Source: an uncultured Chloroflexia bacterium (GTDB lineage: Bacteria; Chloroflexota; Dehalococcoidia; SM23-28-2; RBG-16-64-32). From it: a stretch of DNA of 64,000 nucleotides. Under the pieces are notes generated by a model. It made no database searches. It saw only the letters and a list, made by a program, of their open reading frames with translations, and had not been told where the DNA came from. The DNA is taken from contig CAVQVC010000001.1 of the NCBI GenBank assembly GCA_963717065.1, positions 2,134,978-2,198,977 of the forward strand, in the 5' to 3' direction. The position numbers and the translations under genes are program-made. The stretch's first letter is position 1; each line of letters begins with the position of its first letter. Shown here piece by piece: positions 38,254 to 47,643 of the stretch.

Positions 38254-38731
38254 CCGCCGACCCCTACGCGCGCCTCCGCGAGATCTGCCTCGCCTTCCCC
38301 GAGGCCGTCGAGAAGCCGTTCGGCGGCCACACCAATCCGGCGTTTCGCGTCCACGAGAAGATCTTCTGCGGGACGATGGAGGGAGACGGACGTCCCTCGG
38401 TCACGCTGAAAGCGCCGCCCGGCGCCCAGGAGTTCTTCGTCGGGCAGGACCCGGAGCGCTTCTTCCGCCCCGCTTACGTCGGCCCGAAAGGGTGGCTGGG
38501 CATCCGCATCGACACCCCGTCGACTGGGACCAGCTCGCCGCGATGATCGACGAGAGCTACCGCATGACCGCCCCGAAGAAGCTGGTGGCGCTGCTGGACG
38601 GGCACTCCTCCTGGCTGACCCGATTCCCGATCGTTGATCACCGATTTCGTCTTCGTTCGATTACATGGAGCCACATCCGAGCACGGGGCTTGACGTCGGT
38701 GTATCGATTGGCGATCCCGGGCCTGTCGTAG
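38250..38731 (+). pseudogene. MmcQ/YjbR family DNA-binding protein, frameshift at about 38512; 3-prime end uncertain
   Basis: MTADPYARLREICLAFPEAVEKPFGGHTNPAFRVHEKIFCG..RPAYVGPKGWLGIRID is followed by PVDWDQLAAMIDESYRMTAPKKLVALLD in another frame. The tail after LLD may contain a further indel. Confidence 0.55.
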
Positions 38732-38951
38732 CGTTGAGTTTGAGAAACACGCGATCAGCCATCGTCGTCTACCGGGATCCAAACACGGGCCTGCTGGTGA
38801 CTGATGCCAGCCGGGTCTTGCCCGAGGACCTGGACGCGTTTCAGCGCTGGGCAGCAACGGTCAAATCGAGCTAGCCCGAATCAAGCTAGCCACGCCGGCA
38901 CACCTATCAGCACTCGGTACCTGCCACCTGTATGCTACCCTGTCCCTCACC

Positions 38952-39743
38952 GTGCCCAAGAACACCTACTGGAACGCCGAGGTCTACGACCGCATCGGCA
39001 CGCCCATGCGCGGCTGGTCGAAGCAGGTCATCGATGACCTCGAGCTGACCGGCAATGAGACCGTCCTCGACGCGGGCTGCGGCTCCGGCTCCGTCACGTT
39101 CGACCTCCTCGAGCGCCTCCCCCGCGGCCGCGTCTACGCCCTCGACTACTCCCCCGAGATGATCGAGCAGATCGACCGCAAGATTGCCGAGACGGGGGAG
39201 ACGCGCGTGACGGCGCAGCGGGCGGACCTGACGGACTTCGAGCTGCCCGAGCAGGTTGACGTGGTGTTCTCGAACGCCGTCCTCCACTGGATACAGGACG
39301 ACGACGGCCTGTTCTCGTGCCTGCTGCGGGCGACGAAGCCGGGCGGCCGCCTGCGGGCTCAGTGCGGCGGCGGGGACATCTACGCGAAGCTGGGACAGGC
39401 GTGGAGGGCGGCGATGGCGCGCGCTCCCTTCAACGAGCACCTGGGCGCATATCGCGACGGCAAGAAGTACCGCTCGGCCGAGGAAGCTGCCGAATCGCTC
39501 GAGCGCGTCGGCTGGTCCGATATCCGCACCTGGGTCTTCGACGCGCCCGTCCCCTTCGACAACGTGGACGACGCCGCGCTCTACCTGCGCACGATCATCC
39601 TCCGCGACCACGTCGCCAACCTGCCGGAAGACCTCCACGACCCCTACGTCCGGGCCGTCATTGCCGAGTACATCGACCGCTTCGGCGAACCCTTCACCGC
39701 CGACTACGTCCGCCTCAACCTCCAGGCGCGGCGTCCGGCGTAG
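38952..39743 (+). CDS. Class I SAM-dependent methyltransferase
   Basis: 263-aa ORF (GTG start) with SAM motif I VLDAGCGSGSVT and post-I/II motifs VYALDYSPEM..VDVVFSNAVLHW. Confidence 0.85.
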   Translation: MPKNTYWNAEVYDRIGTPMRGWSKQVIDDLELTGNETVLDAGCGSGSVTFDLLERLPRGRVYALDYSPEMIEQIDRKIAETGETRVTAQRADLTDFELPEQVDVVFSNAVLHWIQDDDGLFSCLLRATKPGGRLRAQCGGGDIYAKLGQAWRAAMARAPFNEHLGAYRDGKKYRSAEEAAESLERVGWSDIRTWVFDAPVPFDNVDDAALYLRTIILRDHVANLPEDLHDPYVRAVIAEYIDRFGEPFTADYVRLNLQARRPA

Positions 39744-39949
39744 GGGTCAACGAAGCGTCCGACCGCGCTCATGGTACGAGTACCCTCACATGAGCGATCG
39801 GGGCGTGACAGCCCCAATCACCGGCCCAGGGCACGATCGACCCGTTCCGCTCATCCTGAGGCCCTCGTAGGATGGGTGGACGGACGCCCCGTCCACGTCT
39901 ATGACCTACTGACCACTGATTACTCGCCCTCTGCTATACTCCGCTCGCC

Positions 39950-41419
39950 ATGCCCTTCACCGGTTCCGACGCCGCCCGCCTCCGCGCGACCGTATCCGGC
40001 CTCGTCGAGAAGCACCACCTCCCCGGCATCGCCGTTGGCGTCGTCGAGGGCGACGACCTCGTCTTCAGCGAAGGCTTCGGATACGCCGACATCGAGTCGC
40101 AGACGCCGATGACGCCCGAGCACCGCCACCGCATCGCCTCCGTGACGAAGACGATGACCGCGCTCTGCATCATGGCGCTCGTGGAGGAAGGCAGGCTGAA
40201 GGTCGAGGACCGCGTCGCCGATCTACTGCCCGAGCTGACGCTGAAGGGACCGTCCGGCGACCTCACGGTCTGGCACCTCCTGACGCACACCGGCGGAATC
40301 GGCGAGACGCCGAACGCCGAAGACCTCCCGAACCCGTTCCAGTTCCTCTTCTGCGAGGAGCCGCCCCCGCGGACGCTTGCCGACTGCTACGCCACCGCCG
40401 GCATCACGATTGAAGTTCTGCCCGGCACGAAGTATGCCTACGCCAACCACGGGTTCCTCCTCCTCGGCGAGATCATCGAGCGCCTCGAGGGAAAGCCCGT
40501 CGCGGAGGTGTTCCACGACCGCATCTACGGCCCGCTCGGCATGAAGGACAGCGCGCTCGACGACCAGCACCGGCCGGACGGCGCCACGGGGTACCACCGC
40601 CCCCGCAGCGAAGAGGAACGCGCAATGCTCAGCCGCGTCGGCCGCGACCTCCCGCCGGAGGAGACGATCGACGGCCATAATGTCCGCGGCGAGATCCTCT
40701 ATACGTGGGGGAACGGCGCCCAGGGCGGTGCGCAGTCCACGATTCCGGACATGGCCCGGTACGCCGCGGCGCTATTGCGGGGCGGCGGCGGGATCGTCAG
40801 CCCGCAGACGCTTGCGTTGATGACGGAAGACCACTGGCGGCCGGATAAGCGGCTTCCCGGCCGCGGACTGGGCTTCGGCCTGGGCGAGTTTGCTGGCCGC
40901 CCGAGCTTTGGCCACACCGGTGAATATATTGGCGGCTGGCACTCGGACATGCGCGTGTTCCCGCAGCAGAATACGGCGGTGCTCGTTCACGTCAACCTGA
41001 CCTATCCGACCTTCGAAGCGACTGTGCGAAAGGTGTTCGAGGCTGTATTCGATGAGCGACCGTTCATCCCTCCCGCCGTGCCCATCGATCCCCGAGTGCT
41101 CGAGACGGCGCCGGGCGTCTACCAGGCGACGGAGCCGGGCCCGCTCACCAACTTCCGGGCGATGGTGAACGCGGGCCGCATCCAGCTAACAGCGCAGGAC
41201 GGAGGCCTCGTGATGCACTCGCGGCGAGGCGCCTGGAAACGCGGGGTCCCGCTTCTGTCGGTGGACCCGGCGCAGCCGGACCTCTTTATGGTCGGCGGCG
41301 AAGGTTCCCTGCCGGCTCTCATCGTGGCGCTCCGCGACTCCGAGGGCGCTGTCACAGGCCTGCGCTTTCAGCAGTTCATCGACATGTACCGCACGGAGGA
41401 GGTCCAACCATGGGCGTAA
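39950..41419 (+). CDS. Serine hydrolase (class C beta-lactamase/PBP-like family)
   Basis: 489-aa ORF with the catalytic SxxK motif IASVTKTMTA, YANHGF (YxN) and HTGEYIGG (HxG-type) motifs. Confidence 0.85.
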   Translation: MPFTGSDAARLRATVSGLVEKHHLPGIAVGVVEGDDLVFSEGFGYADIESQTPMTPEHRHRIASVTKTMTALCIMALVEEGRLKVEDRVADLLPELTLKGPSGDLTVWHLLTHTGGIGETPNAEDLPNPFQFLFCEEPPPRTLADCYATAGITIEVLPGTKYAYANHGFLLLGEIIERLEGKPVAEVFHDRIYGPLGMKDSALDDQHRPDGATGYHRPRSEEERAMLSRVGRDLPPEETIDGHNVRGEILYTWGNGAQGGAQSTIPDMARYAAALLRGGGGIVSPQTLALMTEDHWRPDKRLPGRGLGFGLGEFAGRPSFGHTGEYIGGWHSDMRVFPQQNTAVLVHVNLTYPTFEATVRKVFEAVFDERPFIPPAVPIDPRVLETAPGVYQATEPGPLTNFRAMVNAGRIQLTAQDGGLVMHSRRGAWKRGVPLLSVDPAQPDLFMVGGEGSLPALIVALRDSEGAVTGLRFQQFIDMYRTEEVQPWA

Positions 41420-42099
41420 CCACCACCCGCCGCGAAGTCAGCTTCGAGAGCGACGGCCTCAAACTCGAGGGCCTTCTCCACCTTCCCGAAACGACGCCCG
41501 CTCCGGGCGTTGTCGTCGCGCACCCGCACCCCCAGTACGGCGGCGACATGCACAACAACGTCGTCCTGACCGCATGCGAGGCGGCGAACGCCGTCGGCGC
41601 CGCCGCCCTCCGCTTTAACTATCGCGGTGTCGGTTTCAGCGAAGGAGCCTACGACAACGGCGACGGCGAGAAGCGCGACATCGGCGCAGCGATCGAGTTC
41701 CTGCGCTCGCAGCCGGAGGTCGATGAGGGCCGAGTGGCGCTGGCGGGCTACTCATTCGGGGCCATGGTCGCCGTGCGCTACGCTCACGAACGGAGCGATC
41801 TCGCGGCAGTCGTGTCTGTCTCCAACCCGACCCAGCGCGGCCCGAAGGTCGAGGTACACCTCGTCGCACCCACCCTCTTCATCACGGGCGACCGCGACCA
41901 GTACTGCGACGGCGCACTCCTCGAGGAGTATCGCGAGCAGCTGGGCGACGATGTCACGGTGGAAATCCTCCCCGGCGTCGACCATTTCTGGGTTGGCTCC
42001 ACCGACCGCCTCAAGGAACTCATCACACCCTTCCTTCACGAAGCACCTGACGTAGGGGCTACCGGCCGGTCGCCCAAGCGCCTCGTAACCGTATACTGA
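41410..42099 (+). CDS. Alpha/beta hydrolase (dienelactone hydrolase/KANL3-like)
   Basis: 229-aa ORF with VVVAHPHPQYGGDMHNNVV..LAGYSFGAMVA (GxSxG)..FITGDRDQY..VDHFW. It overlaps the previous gene by 10 nt. Confidence 0.8.
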   Translation: MGVTTTRREVSFESDGLKLEGLLHLPETTPAPGVVVAHPHPQYGGDMHNNVVLTACEAANAVGAAALRFNYRGVGFSEGAYDNGDGEKRDIGAAIEFLRSQPEVDEGRVALAGYSFGAMVAVRYAHERSDLAAVVSVSNPTQRGPKVEVHLVAPTLFITGDRDQYCDGALLEEYREQLGDDVTVEILPGVDHFWVGSTDRLKELITPFLHEAPDVGATGRSPKRLVTVY

Positions 42100-42136
42100 T
42101 GCTTGCCTCCGACAACGCCGGAAAGGAACCCACGCC

Positions 42137-42388
42137 TTGACCCAGGAACAGCCCCAGGACCTCCCCGAAATCCGCATCGTCGTGCGCCCCAACGGCCCCT
42201 ACCGGGTCTTCGGCAACGTCCGGCTCTTCGACAACGACGGCAACGAATTCGAGACGCCGCCCGGCGACTGGTACGTCCTTTGCCGCTGTGGCGAATCCGC
42301 GACCAAGCCCTTCTGCGACGCCGCCCACAAGACCTGCGGCTTCACCCCCGAGACTCGCGCGCCGCAATCAGAAATCGAGTCGTCGTAG
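42137..42388 (+). CDS. CDGSH-type iron-sulfur domain protein
   Basis: 83-aa ORF with CRCGESATKPFCDAAH, which matches C-x-C-x2-S-x3-P-x-C-D-x-x-H. Confidence 0.75.
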   Translation: MTQEQPQDLPEIRIVVRPNGPYRVFGNVRLFDNDGNEFETPPGDWYVLCRCGESATKPFCDAAHKTCGFTPETRAPQSEIESS

Positions 42389-42398
42389 CTGCAGGCCT

Positions 42399-42830
42399 TC
42401 AGGCCTGCCCGGCGGGGCCCACCGCACCCCAGCTCACCACCCTTTCCGGCGCAATCCTGATCGCCGGCCGGCCCTCCAGCGCCATCGCCCGGTACTGCTC
42501 GTACCTCCCGCGCAAGGCCGCGACCGCCGCCGCATGCTCCTCCCCGCCTTCGACAACCTCCGCTGCCCCATGCACCAGCACATACGCCAGCCGCGTCCAG
42601 TCCTCGTCGTAATGGTCGAACACCAACGAAACGCGCGGGCTCTCCTCGATGTTCCGCAGGCGCTTCAATCGCGTGGTCCGCTTCGGCTTCTCGTCGATCG
42701 CTATCCAGAAGCAACCGTCGACGTAAGCGAAGCACACGGGCACCACATGCGGTACGGCGTCAAAGCCGGCGGTCGCCAGGTGCGCCACCCGGCACGATTC
42801 GATAAACGCGAGCTGGTCGTCCGAGAACAT
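42399..42830 (-). CDS. PPOX-class (pyridoxamine 5-phosphate oxidase-like) probable F420-dependent enzyme
   Basis: 143-aa ORF with VAHLATAGFDAVPHVVPVCFAYVDGCFWIAIDEKPK..RLRNIEESPRVSLVFDHYDEDW, typical of the split-barrel PPOX family. Confidence 0.75.
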   Translation of the reverse strand: MFSDDQLAFIESCRVAHLATAGFDAVPHVVPVCFAYVDGCFWIAIDEKPKRTTRLKRLRNIEESPRVSLVFDHYDEDWTRLAYVLVHGAAEVVEGGEEHAAAVAALRGRYEQYRAMALEGRPAIRIAPERVVSWGAVGPAGQA

Positions 42831-42844
42831 GGCCGTCGCGGCGG

Positions 42845-43423
42845 CTAAGTGACCTGCAGCGGAACACCGTCGCGGCAGAGGGGGCAGTCCGCTGGTTCGT
42901 GGGCGGGGATGTCGAGCTGCAGGCAGGCGAAGAACGGCGCGCCGAAATCTGTCCGCCCCGCCGCGCGGTCCACCAGCACCGCTACCCCCGCAACCTCGCC
43001 ACCGCGCTCCTGCACGGCCTCGATCACATCGCGTATGCTGCCGCCCGTCGTCAGCACATCATCCACCACGAGCACACGCTCACCGGCGCCGATCTCGAAG
43101 CCTCGGCCGAACTCTCTCCCACCTTCTTCGCCCTTCTCCGCGAAGATGCTCCGCAACCCGAGCAGCCGCGCCGTCTCATAGCTGATGATGATCCCGCCCG
43201 TCGTCGGCCCGGCCACGACTCCCGGTGAAAGCGCTCGCGCCCAGTCGGCGATCATCCGGCAGAGCGCTTCCGTCTGCACGGGTCGCTCCAGTAAGCGGAA
43301 CTTCTCGACGTAGCGCGCAGAGTGCTTTCCGGAAGCAAGTTGAAAGTGTCCTTCGAGGATCGCGCCTGCCTCTCTCAGAAGCTGCTCGGCTTCGGCGGCG
43401 GCGGTTGTTGTTCTATCGGTCAC
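42845..43423 (-). CDS. pyrE: Orotate phosphoribosyltransferase
   Basis: 192-aa ORF with GHFQLASGKHSARYVEKFRLLE and the PRPP loop VLVVDDVLTTGGS. Confidence 0.9.
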   Translation of the reverse strand: MTDRTTTAAAEAEQLLREAGAILEGHFQLASGKHSARYVEKFRLLERPVQTEALCRMIADWARALSPGVVAGPTTGGIIISYETARLLGLRSIFAEKGEEGGREFGRGFEIGAGERVLVVDDVLTTGGSIRDVIEAVQERGGEVAGVAVLVDRAAGRTDFGAPFFACLQLDIPAHEPADCPLCRDGVPLQVT

Positions 43424-43471
43424 GCCCGCAATATAAGGGGCGAGTGCAGGCGCTGTCGAACAGCACCCGTC

Positions 43472-44710
43472 CTACTCAGTCGACGGCTCCGTCCCGTCCG
43501 AGGCCGCGACCTCGTGGTTCGGCGCCGTCTGGAGGTCCAGCTCCCCGTTCTTCCAGTAGGTTATGACTGCCTTGCCGATGATGTTCCCCTCTGGCACGAG
43601 CCACCCTTGGCGGGAGTCGCTGCTGTTCTGGCGGTTGTCGCCCATGACGAAGTAACACGCGGCCGCGTGACACATATCCTCCGCCTCCGGCGTCCCCACA
43701 GCCGGCACCTCCCACTTGCACTGCGAGCCGTTGCAGCCGGTCACTCCGGTGATGTAGTCCTCACTCAGCACCGTCCCGTTCACGAGCACCTCGCCGCTCG
43801 GCGTGATCTCTACCGTGTCGCCGGGGAGGCCGATGATGCGCTTGATGAAGTCCCGCCCGGGGCTTGTCGGCGCCTCGAACACGATCACGTCGCCTCGCTT
43901 TGGCCCGCCCCAGAGGTGCTTCACAGGATTGTCTCCCGAGTCATAGAACGGCAGGAAGTCGAACATGCTCGTGTCTACCTGGGCGTAGCTAAGCTTGTTG
44001 ACGATCAAATATTCGCCGTTCTCCAGGCTGGTGGACATGCTTGCCCCCTCCACCCGGAAGTTCTGAAAGCTCGCTCTCACGGAGAGGAAGATCAGCATCG
44101 CCAGCAGCACTGTCTCCGCCGTATCGCGTTGCGCGTGCACCGATGGGTACGGCAGGTCCCAGTCCATCGCCACGCCCGCCAGGCCGTACACCGACCAGAT
44201 GCCGCCGATGGCCAGCGCCGCGCCCCAGATGAGCTTGGTGTCGGCCGGGTTGATCCCGAGCGCGCCCATCGACATCAACAGCCCGGCGGAGAATATGACC
44301 AGGCCCCAGATCGTGAAGAAGGCCGCTGCCCAGCGCCGCTCGGGACGCGGGATGGTGATTATGCCTTCCCGCAGGGCAACCTGCGCCTGGCTCATCGGCG
44401 CGGCGTAGGCCGGTTCGTACGCCGGCGTCCGCCTGGCCGCTTCGGTCCACCCGGCTGTGCCTGCGTAAGCTCGGCCGAATGTCGCCGTCGCGGGCTCGGG
44501 CAAGCCCCAGGTCAGAAAGTCTTCGTTGTCCTGGCGTCGCAGCCAGGAGGGCGGCGAATCGAATCTGCCGTCATCCCAGTCATCGAACAGGGGATCGAAG
44601 GCAGCCCTCGTGCGCGGGCCTGCCCCGGCTCGTTCCGCCTCGCCCTCAGGCCCGAAACCTGTTTCGTCGAGGTCCTTCATGCGCGCCAGATCATTATACG
44701 CCCTGTCCAC
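43472..44710 (-). CDS. lepB: Signal peptidase I with long N-terminal cytoplasmic/TM extension
   Basis: 412-aa ORF with GASMSTSL (Ser nucleophile box), GDVIVF, FIKRIIGLPGD (Lys box) and FVMGDNRQNSSDSR. Confidence 0.88.
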   Translation of the reverse strand: MDRAYNDLARMKDLDETGFGPEGEAERAGAGPRTRAAFDPLFDDWDDGRFDSPPSWLRRQDNEDFLTWGLPEPATATFGRAYAGTAGWTEAARRTPAYEPAYAAPMSQAQVALREGIITIPRPERRWAAAFFTIWGLVIFSAGLLMSMGALGINPADTKLIWGAALAIGGIWSVYGLAGVAMDWDLPYPSVHAQRDTAETVLLAMLIFLSVRASFQNFRVEGASMSTSLENGEYLIVNKLSYAQVDTSMFDFLPFYDSGDNPVKHLWGGPKRGDVIVFEAPTSPGRDFIKRIIGLPGDTVEITPSGEVLVNGTVLSEDYITGVTGCNGSQCKWEVPAVGTPEAEDMCHAAACYFVMGDNRQNSSDSRQGWLVPEGNIIGKAVITYWKNGELDLQTAPNHEVAASDGTEPSTE

Positions 44711-44846
44711 TCAGCGCCCGGGCCGGCAAATTCGATACTCATCTCTCTACTTAGATGTAACGAACCCCCACCCGGTTTCGATGTCTCCACCACACTCCGA
44801 CGTCCATCCACCTTCGTCCTGCCTCCCTTGCTACAATGGCCCTGAC

Positions 44847-45455
44847 TTGGACAAGCACGACGACGAGCCGGGACTGCTGGAGCGCAGCAGGCAGGGCGAC
44901 CTCGACGCCTTCAACCGGCTCGTTGAGCGCTACCAGAACCCGGTCTACAACCTCTGCCTGCGCATGCTCGGCTCCCCCCAGGCCGCCGAGGACGCGACGC
45001 AGGAATCGTTCATCTCGGCCTTCCGCGCGATCCAGACTTTCCACGGCGAAGCCTTTCGCGCCTGGCTCCTCCGCATCGCCTCCAACGCCTGCTACGACGA
45101 CCTGCGGCGACGCCGCGGCAGGCAGGCCGTCTCCCTGGACGAACCGCACGGCGAAGAGCAACGCACCCTGGATGTCCCCGCAACCGGCCTTACCCCTGAG
45201 GAGCGCGCGGAGCAGCAAGAACTCGGCCGGCTGATCCAGCAAGCCCTGGCTGACCTGCACCCCGACCAGCGCGTATGCATCGTCCTTTGCGATGTCCAGG
45301 GGTTGGACTACACGGAGATCGCACAGGTCCTCGGTATCAGCCTCGGGACCGTGAAATCTCGCATATTTCGCGGCCGCGCACAGATGCGCGCGCTCCTCGC
45401 GGCGTCGGGCGGGGAACTTTTGCCGGCGCGATTCCGTCAAGTAAGTGAAGGTTAA
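44847..45455 (+). CDS. ECF-type RNA polymerase sigma factor (set A); start uncertain (TTG proposed)
   Basis: GDLDAFNRLVERYQNPVYNLCLRMLGSPQAAEDATQESFISAF (region 2) and LDYTEIAQVLGISLGTVKSRIFRGR (region 4). A TACAAT box at 44832-44837 lies just upstream of the TTG. Confidence 0.8.
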   Translation: MDKHDDEPGLLERSRQGDLDAFNRLVERYQNPVYNLCLRMLGSPQAAEDATQESFISAFRAIQTFHGEAFRAWLLRIASNACYDDLRRRRGRQAVSLDEPHGEEQRTLDVPATGLTPEERAEQQELGRLIQQALADLHPDQRVCIVLCDVQGLDYTEIAQVLGISLGTVKSRIFRGRAQMRALLAASGGELLPARFRQVSEG

Positions 45456-46398
45456 TCCCATGTACCCCTTCAATCGACACGTACGACTGCGCGAATCGCT
45501 CTCCGCCTACATCGATGGAGAGCTGTCCGCCCGCGACGCCCAAAAGCTCGAATCGCACCTTCAGTCGTGTTTGGCCTGCCGCGAAGAGTTAGAAGGCCAG
45601 CGCCTGGCTTCATCCGCTCTTCGGGAGTTACAGGCCGCGGAAGCCCCACGATCCTTCGCGCTAACTCCAGACATGGTGGCCCGGCCGGCGCCGGCGCCCG
45701 CTCCCGCGCCCGCCCGCTCCTCGCTTCCCGCGCTCAACACCGGGCTACGCCTCGCAGCCGCATCGCTGGCCGTGGCGCTCGCTGCCGTCATGATCGTCGA
45801 CCGGGCGGACTTCGTTGGCAACAACAGCTCCAACAGCAACTCCGACAGCGCAGCCGTGGCCGAGCGAAACGCCGGTGCGACAACGAGCGCCGACAGGGGA
45901 TACAGGGCGCTCGCCCCGAGCGGAGCCGACGCAGACACGAGCGCGGCCGAGGGTTCAGCGGCCACGTCCGCGGCACCGGCTGCCTCCGCCCCAACTTCCG
46001 TCCCGTCTACGGGTACGCCGGGCGCCATTAGCGGCGGCGTGGGCGGCGTCAGCAGTGGTGGCACAGGCGCCGGTGGCCCGGGCACGGAGGCCGAGTCTCC
46101 AGCCGACGCTTCAGCTCCAGTTCCCGAGACTACCCAGGCTCCGGAACCAACGAACGACACGACCGCTGCGCGGGCAGCGGGAGATTCTCCAACGCCCTCC
46201 GAGGACTTCGCGGGCGCGCTTGACGACGCCGCCGAAGACACCGGTGCCCCCTCCAACGCCGAATCCGCAGCCGCGGAGGGCGACGACGGCGGCACCGACG
46301 GTGCGGCGTTCGCAGAGGGCACCCTCGCAGTCCTGCTCGGCGTATCGCTCGGCGGTCTCGTCGTCCTGGCCTTCGTCCGTCGTCGGGAGCGCTTCTAG
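45445..46398 (+). CDS. Anti-sigma factor (zf-HC2) with Ala/Ser/Pro-rich extracytoplasmic region
   Basis: 317-aa ORF with LSAYIDGELSARDAQKLESHLQSCLACREEL (H-x3-C-x2-C), internal and C-terminal TM segments. It overlaps the sigma gene by 11 nt. Confidence 0.8.
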   Translation: MKVNPMYPFNRHVRLRESLSAYIDGELSARDAQKLESHLQSCLACREELEGQRLASSALRELQAAEAPRSFALTPDMVARPAPAPAPAPARSSLPALNTGLRLAAASLAVALAAVMIVDRADFVGNNSSNSNSDSAAVAERNAGATTSADRGYRALAPSGADADTSAAEGSAATSAAPAASAPTSVPSTGTPGAISGGVGGVSSGGTGAGGPGTEAESPADASAPVPETTQAPEPTNDTTAARAAGDSPTPSEDFAGALDDAAEDTGAPSNAESAAAEGDDGGTDGAAFAEGTLAVLLGVSLGGLVVLAFVRRRERF

Positions 46399-46463
46399 TG
46401 AGCGGGAACAAATAGGCGAGCGCTTACGTTTTAGAGATTGAAGAAGCACGTGGAGGTATACCC

Positions 46464-47498
46464 ATGAGACTCGCGAGGACTTTCGGACTTGTCGCCGCAG
46501 CAGCCGCCGCTACGCTGCTGATCGCCGCCTGTGGTGGTGGGGATGACAGCAGCGACTCACAGACGAACATCCGCACCAACAAGGGCCTCGCCGTCGCCGC
46601 CATCGGCGCCGGCTTCGACCCTCGTCTCCAGGCCGCGGACGATACTGCTGAAAACGATAACGGCACCGGTGCAGAACCCGCGCCCGCGCAGGACTCCATC
46701 GGGCGAAACGCCGCCATCGGCCAGGACACGCCCTACGGCTCCGGGTATTTTCCCTCCGTCCAGCAGAGCAACAACGGCATCACCGTCCAGGGTTACGGGA
46801 ACGCATCCGCCGACGCCGACAGCGCCGTCGTCGAATTCTACTTCTACGCAAACGGCGGGGGTGGCGTTGAGCCTCAACCGGCCCCGGACACGTCCAGCCG
46901 AAGCTCGGGGGGCTCTTCCGGCAGCAGTTCTTCAGGTATGGGGATCGCTGAGCCAGCAGCCCCGGACGCCGACCTCCAGCAACAGGAAGTCGCCCCGATC
47001 ACCGAGGCAACACTGCAGCCCGTGATCGACGCTCTCGTCGGCGCCGGTGTTCCTCGCGAGGACATCGAGTTCATCGGCCAGAGCTACTACGACAAGTTCT
47101 CCGCCAGCGCCACCCTGCGCGTGACGGTCGACAACCTTGACATCCTGGATCCCGCGGTACAGGCCGCGACCAACGCCGCCGCCGGTCTCGGCACCGTACA
47201 GCTCTCCAGCACCAACGTTGGTTACACGGTCGCCGACTGCACGGCGCTGGAAAAGGCCGCGATGCAGGTCGCCGTCGAAGACGCCAACGACCGCGCCGCC
47301 GCGTTCGCCCAGACGCTGAGCGTCGGACTCGGCAACATTATCGGCGCCTCGCACTACTCCTACTCCCCCTACGGCGGCAGCGCCTGCGGCGAGTCCGTCG
47401 GCGGGCCCATCCCCCTGGCGCAGGCTACCTACGCGGCCGGCGGAAGCCGGGTGGTCGAGGTCTTTGCAAACGTCAGCGTCACCTACGCCATCGCCTGA
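46464..47498 (+). CDS. SIMPL (DUF541) domain lipoprotein
   Basis: 344-aa ORF with lipobox LLIAAC. It has a SIMPL-like layout (ITVQGYGNASADADSAVVEFYF ... VEDANDRAAAFAQTLSVGLGNIIG ... VSVTYAIA). Confidence 0.7.
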   Translation: MRLARTFGLVAAAAAATLLIAACGGGDDSSDSQTNIRTNKGLAVAAIGAGFDPRLQAADDTAENDNGTGAEPAPAQDSIGRNAAIGQDTPYGSGYFPSVQQSNNGITVQGYGNASADADSAVVEFYFYANGGGGVEPQPAPDTSSRSSGGSSGSSSSGMGIAEPAAPDADLQQQEVAPITEATLQPVIDALVGAGVPREDIEFIGQSYYDKFSASATLRVTVDNLDILDPAVQAATNAAAGLGTVQLSSTNVGYTVADCTALEKAAMQVAVEDANDRAAAFAQTLSVGLGNIIGASHYSYSPYGGSACGESVGGPIPLAQATYAAGGSRVVEVFANVSVTYAIA

Positions 47499-47570
47499 AC
47501 CGGAGACTTGCCCCTCTCCTCTTCGCGTGGAGGCCGCTCCCGGGTGGGGCGGCCTTCACTGCTATATAAA

Positions 47571-47607
47571 GGCGGAGGCCCGCCGAGAGAGTAGCGGGCC
47601 TCCTGCC
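47571..47607. terminator. Hairpin between convergent SIMPL and anti-sigma genes
   Basis: ggcggaggcccgc-cgagagagta-gcgggcctcctgcc. A second hairpin aggccgc..gcggcct lies at 47531-47555. Confidence 0.45.
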
Positions 47608-47643
47608 TGAGCGAGCAATGCCTGTTAAGGCCGGTTCGTTGAT

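Noticed and set aside
38665-38874. 69-aa plus-strand ORF after the YjbR-like gene, and the 95-aa ORF 11135-11422.
   Set aside because: They are short, show no motifs and lie in intergenic or possibly frameshift-affected sequence. The evidence is insufficient to call them genes.
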